Positions 9,373 to 21,536 of a stretch of DNA of 32,000 nucleotides are shown piece by piece (within the stretch, counting starts at the first letter, position 1; the number at the start of each line of letters is the position of its first letter). This DNA comes from Candidatus Saccharimonadota bacterium (GTDB lineage Bacteria > Patescibacteriota > Gracilibacteria > BD1-5 > UBA6164), in contig OZ245768.1 in assembly GCA_965227835.1 (NCBI GenBank), forward strand, positions 1,457,122 through 1,489,121, given 5' to 3'. The notes below the pieces were generated by a model that was not told where the DNA came from, searched no databases, and saw only the letters and a program-made list of their open reading frames with translations. The translations under genes were made by a program, and so were the position numbers.

Positions 9373-9427
9373 CCCTCTCCTTCAAAGGAGAGGGTTAGGG
9401 TGAGGTTTTTACGGGTTAGGGTGAGGA
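9373..9427. repeat. GC-rich repeat element, copy 1
   Basis: CCCTCTCC-ttcaaa-GGAGAGGG hairpin followed by TTAGGGTGAGG ttttt ACGGGTTAGGGTGAGG. An inverted relative lies at 27783..27873. Confidence 0.7.
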
Positions 9428-9489
9428 TCTATCCTTCTTTCTAAGCAAAAAATTATGATGAGTATGAGCGATGAGACTTTCTAAACTAC

Positions 9490-10179
9490 CTAAATTCAAT
9501 AATCATAACTACTAGGAGTTGAAAACCATTTAGGTTCTGTGCTTAATCATTTTTTAGGATGAGTAAAAGAAAAATTATAAAAATTAAAATAACCTAAATC
9601 TAAAAACATCCTACCCACAATTTCATCTTTACTTATAAAACTATCTCTCTTAGTTGCCTCACATGAAAAAGAAAAACAAGTCCTTGAATCACTTGAATGA
9701 GCCCTATTATCTCACATCAAAAAATACTTTCACTCAGGAACTCTGTAATTATACTCCACTTTCAAATTTCAAACCTTTGTATTTCAAGAATTTGATAAAT
9801 TTAAATATGGCTCATCCAATTTTATAAAATTATAGGTAGAATCATTCTTCAAAAAAACATCTCAATCTTTAATTCTCACTGTATCTCCTGGGACTCAAAT
9901 AATTCTTTTTATAAAATATTTTTTATCCTTGTTTACTCAAGGTTTAAATACAACCACATCACCCCTTTTTAATTCTCATTTTTTAATCTTTGGTATATTT
10001 AGATAAGAAAACCTATCTACTATTATGAACTCTTTATCATAATAAGAATCAGCCATTGATTGCCCACTAATTTGAAAAGGTTCTGCTATAAAGCTCCTAA
10101 TAATAACAACTATAACAACTATCCAAACCAAATCCTTCAAAAAATCAAAAATCTCTCATTTTATTCACTGCTTTTCCAA
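9490..10179 (-). CDS. lepB: signal peptidase I, ~229 aa
   Basis: TAG 9490-9492. TM segment LVWIVVIVVII, then SGQSM (catalytic Ser), GDVVVFK, KRIIGVPGD (catalytic Lys) and GDNRAHSSDSR. The ORF has no in-frame ATG upstream of the catalytic SGQSM box, so TTG 10179 is assumed as the start. Confidence 0.8.
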
Positions 10180-10228
10180 ATCTTTTTAAACTTAACTTTT
10201 AAAAAATTTGCCACATTATATAAACAAG

Positions 10229-10257
10229 CAAATAAAAAACAAGAGCTTTAGCTCTTG
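10229..10257 (-). terminator. rho-independent terminator of the giant gene
   Basis: CAAGAGC-TAAA-GCTCTTG (10240-10257) immediately after the stop, followed on the minus strand by TTTTTTATTT. Confidence 0.75.
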
Positions 10258-13200
10258 TTATTTGCTTAACCAATCTGGAACATCCATTCCATCATCCCAT
10301 AAATCTCAAGGTGTTTTTTTATTTTCCTTTTTATCCTTATCATCATCTTTTTTATTCTTCAAACTTCAATCATCTTTTTCATTTTTCTTTGTTTCACCAT
10401 CTTTTTTTCCTTCATCTTTTTTCTCGGGATTTTTACTTTCTTTAACATCATCTTTTTTATCTGACAGCTTATCTTTGTTTCATACATTATCTCAATCCTC
10501 TAAACTATTCCTCTTTTCTTCTCATTTTTTCTTCTCTGAAACATTCTCAACTCATTTATTTTCTTTACCAATACTTGGATTCTTACTATCCAGTTTTTTA
10601 TCTTCTTTTTTATTTTTTTCTTCTTGCTTTTTGTATTCTAAACTTCAGTCACCTTTTTCATTTTTCTTTTCTTCTAGTTCATTTTTTTCAGGATTTTTAC
10701 TGCTTTTATCATCACTATCTTTTATATCATTACTAACATTATCTTCTTTCAAAGGTTCTACTTTTTTATCTTCTTTTTTATCCAAAGAAGTCTTGTTATC
10801 ATTTTTAGAAATATCTTCAATATTATCTTTTTTAATCTTTTCTTCTTTATTATCCTTTTGTAAACTTCAAGTTTCTTTAGTCTTATAATCGTTTTTCTTT
10901 ATTTCCTTTGTATCTACTTTTTCAAATGTTTTTTCAGTGTTTTTATTCTCTTTGATGTCATCCTTTTTCTCTGATTTATTATCTTTTTTCAATTCACTAT
11001 TTCAATCTTTTATCCCCATTTTTTTATTATCTCATTTTTCGTCTTTGTCAATGTTTTTCATCTTTTGGTTATTTTTATCGTTATTTGTATTTTTATTATC
11101 TAATTTCCCGTTTTCTTTTTTAATAGAAAAATCTTTTTTCTCATCTGCTTTAACCTTTTTCTCTGTAGAAGTTTTTTCACCCATAGAAGTATTTTTAATT
11201 TGATCTTTATCGTTTTTTGGAAAATCCTCTTCAACATTTTTTATACCTTTTTCATCTTCTTGATTTAAATCATCTTTTAAAAATTTCTCATCTTTTGTTT
11301 TAGGAGCTTTCAAACTATCTTTTTTATTTTTCTCTCAAATCTCTTCTAAACCTGAACCAATTTTTGAATCAGTTTCTTCTTTAGGTTTTTCTTCCAAACT
11401 TCATTTTAACCAATCTGGTATATTGCTATCATCTTTTTTTTCTTCATCTTTTTTTAAACTTTCTTCACCTTTTTTATTATTAGATGCTTCCTGTAAACTT
11501 CATTTTAACCAATCAGGTTGATTATCTTCCTCTTTTGTAACATCATCTAAATTATTTGGAGTTTCTTCCTTTTTATTTCCTATAAAATCATTTTTAGGTT
11601 TTTCTAGTTTCTCATTTTTAAAATCTTTTTTATCTTCAGTTAAAGTACTTTTTTTATTTTTGCTTGATTCATTGTTACCTTCCACATCTTTTATACTACC
11701 AAGTAACCAATCAGGAGTATTTCATACTTTTTCTTTTTTATCTTGTGTATCTTCATTTCCAAAACTAGCCATCTTATTATCTCAGGTATTTTTTTCAGTT
11801 ATTTTGTTATCTACCAGTTTACTATCTTTATCATCTTTTAATCACTCTTTAGAAGATACTTTTTCAAAATCTGTTTTAAAATCCGAAACTCAAGATTTAT
11901 TTTTTAAATCATTAGAATTTTTTTCCTCATTTTTCTCACCTTCTCATTCTTCTACTTTTTTTTCTCCACCAAATATATCATCTTTCTCTAGTTCTTGAGA
12001 AGAGCTTTTTTCTTTAACAAAATCTTTAAATCATTTATCTTTATTTTTATTTGATACTTTGTAATAAACAAAATATCAAGCTCATCAAATTCCAAGTATG
12101 AAAAGTATTCATAAAAGTATGTATATAATTGTTTTTAATATACTACTTATTATAGAACCTCATTCCTCTTCTTGTATTTCTACTATTTCTTCTTCTGGTA
12201 TATTTGACACATCTCAAAATATTAAATTCTTCAATGTCATTCAAAAATTAATTTTGTCATCATTAATAAGGTTTCTATCATTTCTTATAACTTCCCATAT
12301 CTTATCTCAAAGTATTTTATTTTGATCTATATTATCATTAGCCTTGATAACTTCTAGTGTAGAATCTACATATTCTTCACAAGTACCATATTCCTTTGTA
12401 TCAAATTCACATTCCAAATTTTTAGGAGTCAATCATTGTAAAGCTCTAAGTGCTACACTTTTTAAACTTCAGTCATCACTTTCCCTCAAAAGTAAATCTT
12501 CTAGTTTTTCTATTATTTCGTCTCTATTTTCTATCAGAGAACTACTTAAAAATCATTCAAAATCATAAATGATTTTTGTTCTTTCTGTTTCATCATTCCA
12601 TTCATCTTTTAGTCTTGCTACATAAGTCTTTGCTGTTCTTCAATCATCTCATACTATACTAGAAACTAAATCTTTTAGCTCTTCCAGTTTTTGCCTTTGT
12701 TCATCCGTAACTCATTCAAAAACTACACTTTTTAAATTTATATCTTCATCTTTTATATATGATTTTACGATTTTATAATCCTTACTTATTATTACCCTTC
12801 AATCTAAATCTTTTACATAAACTCTTATTTCTTGGACTTTATTGTTATTAAGTTCTATTTTCAAATAATTTTCATTTTTAGAGCTTATATCTTCATCATC
12901 ATCTTTTCAACCATTCAAATCAGAGTCTTTTTCCAAATTTATATCTGCTGCTATTTGTGAAAAATCCTTTTCATCTTGAAATAACAACACACTTACATCA
13001 GGTATTCTTTCATCAAGCTCAATAGTATTTTCAGAATCTTCTATAGGATTCATAAAAAGCATACCAACTTTACTTTTTTTTGATCTAAGAAGATTAGAAA
13101 CATTTTTTGATACAGTTTTTTTAATTGTTTTTGCTTTGTTTCAATCAGATATAGAAAGTTCAACCTCGTGAGATTGTTTTCAGTCTCTATATGTATGTTC

Positions 13201-16059
13201 AAAGTAATCTTTGTTTTCTACTTTATTTCAATCTCAAAGATCAAATACAAAATCATCATATACTCAAGTAGTTCTATTTATAAATATAAACTTATTTCAT
13301 ATAGAAACATAATCAAAACCAGGTATCAAACTGTTAGCTACATTTATCTCTATATTTCTAGTATTACTAAATCATTTATTCTTTACTTTTAGTTTAGCAT
13401 AATATTTTCAAGGTTTGTTATATACATGAGTTATATTTGGGTCTCTTGTATCCAAATCATAAAATCAATCTCCATCAAAATCCCAAAAATAAACTACTTT
13501 TTTGGATATATTTTGTTTTAAAATATTCTGCACTTTTGCATTAAATATTACCTCATCTCATACAGATACACTATTATCAGGAGTCTTTAATTCCACAATA
13601 GGTACATTTATGTTATTTCAAGCAAGAGTTAGAGAAGTTGATTTTCATATATCTTTTGATGAAATTCTAGAATCAGAATCATCCGTAAGAAGTGCCACAA
13701 AATAATAATTTCATGTTATCTTTGGTAATACAAATCTAGTAGAGGGTCCTGTAGTTGCCCTAAAATCTTGAGGTTCATCATCTAAATCTGTATAATAATA
13801 CCATAAATATGAAGTAATTACACCATCTTTATCTATAGCTCATATAGCATTCACATCTACTATTACAGGTTCAGATTCTAAATCATCTGTTCTAGCAACA
13901 AGTTTTGATAAACTTGGATTTATATTTTCTATTTTTATCCATATTTTTTTTGTATCGCTAGTTCTATTTTTTTGGCTTGTTACTTTTAATATAGCTGGGA
14001 AACATCATAGTTCATCAAATTTATAATTGGTATTTTTTGATGTAAAATATTTATTGTTTCATATTTTAAGTGAGTAGTCTAGATTATTATTATTTCAATC
14101 AATATCTATACTATCTGAAGCATCAAAAGAAATAGGTGTCAGCCTATCAGCTATATAGGCATCCTGACCTTTACAGGCATTTTTTTTCAACACAATACTA
14201 TTTGTAGCATTTGAAACTTTCATAATAGCAACAGGGGAATCTCAATCTCATACATAAGCTACTTTGCTATGAGTGTTTGATTTTCAAAATTTATCTATTA
14301 CCTTTAACCTAATTTCAAACATACCTGTTTTTTGATATTTGTGTGATATTTTTCTTTTTACTCAACCTGTGGAATTGTTCCCATCACCAAAATCCCATTC
14401 AAAAAACTCTGCTTCAGGACTTACTGCTTCAAATTTTATAAAATCTCATCTTTTGATAGCTCTAGGATTTACAGAAAAATCTAGGCTCAAAATAGATGCT
14501 ATATTAACTTTATCTTCTTTTATTCATTCTATATTATCGGGATCTTCTACTCTCAAAACTACACTATGATCTCATATACTATCAAATGTATAAAATCATG
14601 TTGATCAGTTGAAATTTGTTTCTTCCAAATTGACTCTTACACCATTTACCTCCCAAAAATATTTTAATTTACCAGTATCTACAAAATCAGGGTCAAAACT
14701 ATCTGTAGCATCTAAAAATACTCTGTTTGGTTTGTTTTTTTCTGGTATTGTTGATTTAAACTCAGCTACAGGAGCTCTGGAGTTTATATAAATATTTTGA
14801 GTATCTATACTTTTTTCAGATGATCATATTCAACTTACTTCAAGTTTTACATTGAAATGTCATTTATTTTTGAAATTGTATGTGAAAAGTTTTGTTTGAT
14901 CAGAAAATATTATTTCATCATTTATAGTATCAACTATTTGCCAGCTGTATGTTAGATTTTCGTCATTACTAGAATTTTTAGCTCTAAAAGTAAATTTATC
15001 TCACAAAAATCACTCTTTGGGTGATACATCTAGAGTTGCTATTGGATCACGTATAGATATTACAAATTTTTTTTCAATGGTTTTTCATAGATTTGTTGTC
15101 AATCTCAAGGTTACATCATAATCTCATTGTTTGTTGTATTTTACTCTTTCTACTCTTGGTTCTCAAGAATAGTTTTCTCTTTCTCAGTTACCAAAATTCC
15201 ATTGTGTTCTTATAAATTTAGCAGAACCTGTAGGGGTGGAACTTGTGGCATCAAAAAGTAATCAATATTCAGCTTGTTCTGGAGTAAACTTTAATCTATT
15301 TTTGAATCATAGTCTGTCTCCATTTACTTTTATTATAAAAGAAGCTAGTTTTTCTCTAACTTGTACTTTTACCTCTCATCTATAAGGTATTACATCCATA
15401 TAACCTTTGGAGTTTTTATGGGCAGATCTTATATCAACAAAAACTGTAAATATTCATTCTTCTTTAAATGTATAGTTTATAGATGGTCATGTTCAAATAT
15501 TTACTTTTCTAGAACCATAATCCATCCACCATACATAATTGTATTGTGGTATTTTTGTTCCTGTTGGGTCAAATACATTTGCTCTTAGAGTTACATTAAA
15601 AGGTGCATTTCAACTTTTTGGTAAACCTGTAACTTCTCATGTGATTTTTGCTACTGAACTTTCATCTAAATATGCTCAAATAGCTTTTATAAGTCATATA
15701 TAAGCAGCATCACTGCTACTATATTTCAAAGCTTTTTCTATAGCTGTATTTAGATTACTTAAAAGATTATCATTTTCTAAATTATTATCAGGTAGATAAT
15801 TAGAACTTTTAGATACCAAATCTTTTAGAGTTCCTAGACTTCCAGTATCAAGTATTCAGTCTATTTCCCATTTACTTTTTAAATTGAAAAACTCTTTTGT
15901 GATTAAATACCTATATTCATTGAAAGAATTTTTATCAACTGTTTTAAAAACTGTATATCAGTTTGGATCTTTCTGAGCTTTTACTGTATTAACCAAAAAT
16001 TGGCTAGTTATAAATAAACTTATTGCTATCAGTAAAATAGATTTTAGTATTTGTTTCAT
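10258..16059 (-). CDS. giant surface protein, 1933 aa: signal peptide, multiple PKD/Ig-like repeats, one TM helix, 600-aa K/E/D/N-rich tail
   Basis: ATG 16057-16059 to TAA 10258-10260. I phased all 97 sequence lines and found no in-frame TAA/TAG. N-terminus MKQILKSILLIAISLFITSQFLVNTVKA. PKD-type motifs WNFGNGE, EWDFGDGN...HKYQKTGMFEIRLKV, FWDFDGDG...HVYNKPGKYYAKLKV, FDLGDGN...HTYRDG. TM segment IIYILLGILFILGIGGAGYFVYY at about 12061-12130. Confidence 0.85.
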
Positions 16060-16141
16060 AGTTATTGTCTAAATATTTTTATCTTTAACAAAAAGATAAC
16101 ATACTTTTTAAATTAAAACAAATATTTGTATTATAAATAAT

Positions 16142-16183
16142 AAAAAAAAGATATGATAACAAATTCTTAATTTGTTATCATAT
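16142..16183 (-). terminator. strong rho-independent terminator (15-bp perfect stem)
   Basis: ATATGATAACAAATT-ctt-AATTTGTTATCATAT (16151-16183), followed on the minus strand by a T8 run (16142-16149). Confidence 0.7.
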
Positions 16184-16517
16184 GTTTAGGGGGATTTTTT
16201 TAAAATTTATGCTTTTAATAGAAGTTTTTATAGACAAGGGACTTTGACTACTTGTTTATTTGTAGTTTTTATAACATACTTATTGTTATCATGAATGATT
16301 CTTTAGATTCCATTTAATTGTATGTTTGATAATGTAAGTGGTAAAGATAAAGTATTAAAAGCAATTTATAGAGACAAAAGATTGAAAGCAAGGGGTTAAA
16401 ACTCTTTGTCTAATTTAAATATATTTTTTAGGTATTTATTTAGCAACCAAATAAGTATAGAGCAAAGCACTAAAGCAACTTTATTGAAATTTAAGGAAGT
16501 TATTTTACTATAACTAT

Positions 16518-16605
16518 GTAAATAACAAACAAAATTAAAAGTATTTGAAAATAGAAATTTCTTACAAGAGCAAATGGCTAAAGCCATCTGCCTACAAGAA
16601 ATAAG
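16518..16605 (-). repeat. dispersed hairpin element, copy B
   Basis: Core on the minus strand is CAGATGGC-TTTA-GCCATTTG (16572-16590). It shares gtaaataaca, aaatagaaa.ttc and flank motifs with copy A. Confidence 0.7.
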
Positions 16606-16645
16606 TATTTTTTTATAGAAGTTAATTTTTGATCTATCCTTAATA

Positions 16646-17656
16646 TTACTTTATCCATCACAAAGCTATATCAATAATAGCTTTTGAAAGTTTGAAAGGA
16701 TTATGTCTCACTAAATCACTTTCATCTAAAAAATCCCTTTCTATTATCTTGTATTTTTTTGATGAAAAATCCATATATTCTTTCAATTTTACAGGTTTTT
16801 TTCATTCCTCTTTGTACTTATTAACTAGATTATCTGAAATACTTCAAGAATTTACCAGTACATAATCAATAACATTTCAAGCATATTTTTCAATATTTTT
16901 TATAAAATCTTCTAAATCATAGTTTGTAGTTTCTCATCTATCAGCCATTATATTACAAACATAAATAATTTTTGCATTTGTCTTTTTTAGTACCAGCTTC
17001 ATTCAAGGAGAAAGTAGGTTAGGAATTATAGAAGTGTAAAAATCTCATGGTCATATCACAATTATATCTGATTCAACTAGAGTATCATAGGCTTCTGGAT
17101 TTAGATTTCATTCTCATCCCACTAAAAAAGCATCAACTATGTTTTGATTGGTATTATGAGTTTTATCTCAAGGATTTTTGTCACTTACATCAATGTTTTT
17201 TTCTCAAACAACTTTTGTACCATCTTCAAACTTAACTCACAAATGCACGTCTTCCAAAGTTACAGGTATTACTTTTCATTTAACTCTAAACATTTTATGA
17301 GCCTCTCTTAGTCATTCTTCAAAACTTCATTTGATATCATTTAGAGCAGTTAGAAGTATATTTCAAATTTTATTTGATCCTATTATTCAAGATTCTCACT
17401 CAAATTTGTATTCAAATAGCTTTCTCACAAATCAAGTATCTTCTGCCAAAGCCGCTATAGCTCTTCTTATATCACCGGGAGGTAGTATTCAATATTTATC
17501 TCTTATATCTCCAGTTTTTCAACCAGAGTCAGTCATAGCAATTATCGCAGCTAAATTTAAATCAAATTCGCTTTCCACACTTTTTAATCAATAAAGTACA
17601 TTAAATGTCCCACTTCATCATCAAATAGCTGATATATTTAGTTTATTTTTTTTCAT
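16646..17656 (-). CDS. yvcK: YvcK/CofD-family (UPF0052) gluconeogenesis-factor-like protein, 336 aa
   Basis: ATG 17656 to TAA 16646-16648. Reads ISAIGGGSGTFNVLYGLK, AIIAMTDSGGKTGDIRDKYGILPPGDIRRAIAALA and IVIGPGDFYTSIIPNLL. Confidence 0.85.
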
Positions 17657-17660
17657 TTTA

Positions 17661-19556
17661 TTAATTTTTATGAAGTACTGCCTTTATCCTTCTTACTCAT
17701 CTAGAACTTGATTCTTCTTTTTTTATTTTAAATACTCACATATCTTTAGAATTTTCTACATGGGGTCATCAGCATAATTCTCTAGAATAAATTGTTCCAT
17801 CTTTTCAAGTCATAGTATACACTTTCACTATATCTGGGTATTTATCCCAAAAACTTCATTCTACTCCTGACTTTTTTGCTTTTTGTTTTTCCATATCTTC
17901 CATACTTACATCAAATCAAGCCTCAATTGCTTCATTTACAAAATTTTCTATCTTATCAAGTGTTTCTCTTTCTATCTTTTCATCATTATTGAAATCAAAT
18001 CTTAGTCTTTCAGATGTGATATTTGATCATTTTTGATGTACATGTTCTCAAACATATTTTTTAATTCCTGATAATAACAAATGTGTAGCTGAATGTAGTT
18101 TTGTAGTTTCATCAGAGCTATCTGCTAGTCATCATTTGAATTTTCAAGCAGATGCTGTTCTTGATTTATCTTGATGTTCTCTTTCTGCATTTTTAAAACC
18201 CTCTAAATCCACCTCTAAATTTCTCTCTTGTGCTAACTCAATTGTCATTTCCAAAGGAAATCCAAAAGTATCATAAAGTCTAAATGCTTGTTTTCAAGAA
18301 ATTTTTTCTCTTCAAATATTTTCTGATTTCATTAGCTTTTCAAATTCCTTTAAACCTTTTTCAAGTGTTTTTAGAAATTGCTTTTCTTCAGAGTCTATTT
18401 CTTTTATTATAAAATCTTTTTGTTCCAAAAGATTTTTATAATGATTTCCATACTCATCTATTACTACTTCTGCTATATTTGATGATAATCATTTTTCTAT
18501 TCCCAAATCTCTAGCAAATCTTATAGCTCTTCTAATCATTCTTCTAGTAAAGTATCATTGGTCTTTGTTTGATGGGATTGCACCATCTCAAATAAGAAAT
18601 GTTGTTGCTCTTAGATGATCCATAACAATGCGAAATGCTCTTGTTTCTTTTTCATTCTCTCCATATTTTTTTCAAGATAACTCTTCTATTTTTTCTCTAA
18701 TTGTTTTAAACAAATCTCATAAAAATACATCGGCTTCATCCATTAAGGCCACGGAAACTCTTTCAAGTCCAGAACCAAAGTCTATATTTTTATTTTTAAG
18801 CTCTTCAAAACCATTTGGGGTTTTTTTATACTGCATAAAGACATTGTTTGCAAATTCTAGAAATCTACCACAATCACAAGCAGGATGGCAGGGTTTATCT
18901 TTCCACCTAGATTTTTCGTGTAATCCCAATTCTTCTCAAAAATCCCAAAACATCTCTGAATCTGGTCATCCAGGTTCTCAAATAGGCATATTTTCAGGTA
19001 CTCATGCTCTACTCCACCAGTTTTCTTTTTCATCATAGTAAAATATTCTTCATCACTGCATTCATTTTTCTTCTGCAAAATCAACTGATTTAGCTTCTAT
19101 TCATTTTTCTATAAAAAGTTTTTCCCACAATTTTGCTGACTCTTCGTCTTTTGGTATTTTTAGCTTACTATTTCATCTATAAACAGATATGTATATCTTT
19201 TTTGGATTTAAACCAATTTTGTTTACATAAAAATCAAAGATTTGATTTATTTGTTCTTTCTTAAAGTAATCTCAAAGGCTCCAATTTCAAAGCATTTCAA
19301 AAAAAGTAGTGTGTCTGTTGTCTCATATATCTTCTATATCTCAAGAACGAAAAGCTTTTTGACTATCACATATTCTATTTCAAACAGGATGTTTTTCTCA
19401 TAAAAGATATGGAACCATTGGTTGCATACCACTACCTGTAAAAAGGGTTGTGGGATCATTTTCTGGTATTAAAGATGAAGAGGGAATTTCTTTATGTCAT
19501 TTTTCCTTAAAGTACTCTATATATTTTTCTCTTATTTGATGACTTGAATATAACAT
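17661..19556 (-). CDS. alaS: alanine--tRNA ligase, compact 631-aa form
   Basis: ATG 19556 to TAA 17661-17663, in frame with track ORF 18717..18929. Reads [35 protein letters not shown], editing-domain HSATHLL and CGGPHV. Confidence 0.9.
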
Positions 19557-19669
19557 TTGTCTAAAAATTATAATTATTTATTTTGGTAAGTTATTATAAT
19601 AAAAATTTGTTTAATACAAGAAATAAAAGTGTTTTAAGAAGATAGCTTGAAAAAAGGCAAATATACTTC

Positions 19670-19745
19670 ATTCTTATATATTCGTCAACATATGGCTTTT
19701 AGCCATTTGCTATTTTGGAAAGTTTCTATTTTTAGAAAAACTTTC
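19670..19745 (+). repeat. dispersed hairpin element, copy C
   Basis: CATATGGC-TTTT-AGCCATTTG (19689-19709) followed by ctattttggaaagtttctattttt. It lies between the divergent alaS and recJ genes. Confidence 0.65.
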
Positions 19746-19861
19746 CTTTTTAAATCAAGAATGATTTACACTTATCTTTGACATATTCAAAACATTTCTA
19801 TACTTTTAAATACAACTTTTCATACCTTCCCATGAAAATATAAAAATATTCAAATTCTCTA

Positions 19862-21523
19862 ATGACAAAGCAAATATCAATTAAGTGAAATATAGTTAAA
19901 TTTAGTCTAGATAGCTTAGATGAAAATTTAGATTTTATATTATCACAAAAATTTTGAGAAAATATATCTGATTTAGCTAGTATACAATCTTTGTATAATC
20001 CTTTTTTACTCAAAGATATGGATAGAGCTGTGTCTAGAATTAAAAAAGCAAAAGATCTATGAGAAAAGGTTTTTATTTTTTGAGATTATGATGTTGATGG
20101 TGTTACATCAACATCTATTTTGATGCATTTTTTTATGAAAATATGAATAAAAGCTAGCTATAGACTACCTCATAGAATAGCTGATTGATATTGATTAAAT
20201 TTCAATGTAGTTAATGAAGCTTTGGAAAAATGAGTTAGTCTTATAGTAACTGTTGATTGTGGTACTCGTGATATGGAAATAATAGATTATGCAAAAAAAA
20301 ATTGAGTTGATGTAATAGTTACAGATCATCATTGAGTACCTGAAATAACACCCGAAAATTCTATAGCTTTCATAAATCCTAAAAGAAAAGATTGTTTATA
20401 TCCATACAAACATCTATCTTGAGCAGGTGTTGCATTCAAGTTAGTCCAGGCCCTAGCATCTTTTTATTTAAAAGAAGAAGCTTATAAAAAATATATTCTA
20501 TCTTCTACAGATATTTGTGCTATTTGAACTGTGGCTGATTGTATGCCTATTACTTGAGAAAATAAATTGATTGTTGCACTTTGATTAAAACAAATAAAAG
20601 AATCAAGATCTAGGTGAATTAGAATTCTTCTAGATTCATATTTAGATACAGACCTAGATTCTGATATATTTTGATTTATTATATGACCTTTACTCAATGC
20701 GGCTTGAAGAATGGACTCTGCTTTTTTGGCTGTGAATTTAATTCTAAACAACAATGATTCTGTAGAAAAAACACTTACAGAACTGCAATGACTAAATGAA
20801 AAAAGAAAATTTTTAACTAAACAATTTTTGGAAGATTTTGAAAGCAATATAAATACAAAAGATAATATAGTTTTTTATATGAGTAAAGAAATTCCTCATG
20901 GTATAATGTGAATAGTGGCTGGTAGGATTACAGAAAAATATTATAAACCATGTATAGTTTTGAAAGACGAGTGAGATTCTTTTGTAGCTAGTTGTAGATC
21001 TCCAGATTATTTTTCTATGATAGATTTACTTGAAAAAAGAAAAGATGTGTTTTCTGCATTTTGATGACATAAACAAGCTGCAGGTTTTAGTTTGGATAAA
21101 GACAAATTTGTGGATTTCAAAAAAGATATACTTTTTGAAATGAATAAAAAAGATTTCTCAAAATATAAAAAAGAAATAGAAATAACCAAACTTGTTAATT
21201 TTGATGAGCTTGGTTTTAACTTTTTATACAAAATAAACAACTATAAACCTTTTTGAATAGGTAATGAAAAACCTATTTTTATGCTAAATTGATTTAATGA
21301 ATATAAAGTAGAATTTTTAGGAAATAAAACTAGAGACCATTTAAAATTTACTACAAAATATGGCTTTAAAATAATTGCTTTTTATATGTGAGAGTATTAT
21401 GAAGAAATAAAAGTAGCTTTGAAAGAGGGGAGAGATATTTTTTTGATTTTTGATATTTCACAAGAAAATTGGCTTTGAAAGAAAAGTTTATCTTTGAAGG
21501 TTTTGGATGTGGTTTTTAACTAA
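19862..21523 (+). CDS. recJ: single-stranded-DNA-specific exonuclease RecJ, 553 aa
   Basis: ATG 19862 to TAA 21521-21523, phased line by line. Reads IFGDYDVDGVTS, VDCGT, VTDHH, GAGVAFKL, GPLLNAAGRM and GGHKQAAGF (DHH/DHHA1 motifs). Confidence 0.9.
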
Positions 21524-21536
21524 TAGAAATTATACT

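Noticed and set aside
10208-12568. Plus-strand ORFs rich in S/F/L (226 aa at 10208..10888, plus 10937..11203, 11660..11998, 12098..12568 and others up to 15588)
   Set aside because: They are the antisense shadow of the K/E/D-rich giant gene on the minus strand: AAR/GAR codons read backwards give TTY/YTC. They show no motifs, and the minus-strand frame is the one that is open for 5.8 kb.
18628-19084. Track ORFs 18628..19038 (+) and 18857..19084 (-) inside alaS
   Set aside because: One is antisense and the other is off-frame relative to the continuous 631-aa AlaRS frame that carries all the conserved motifs.
19798-21240. Minus-strand track ORFs 19798..20013, 20482..20847 and 21007..21240
   Set aside because: They are antisense to recJ, whose plus-strand frame I phased without interruption from 19862 to 21523 and which contains the DHH/DHHA1 motifs.
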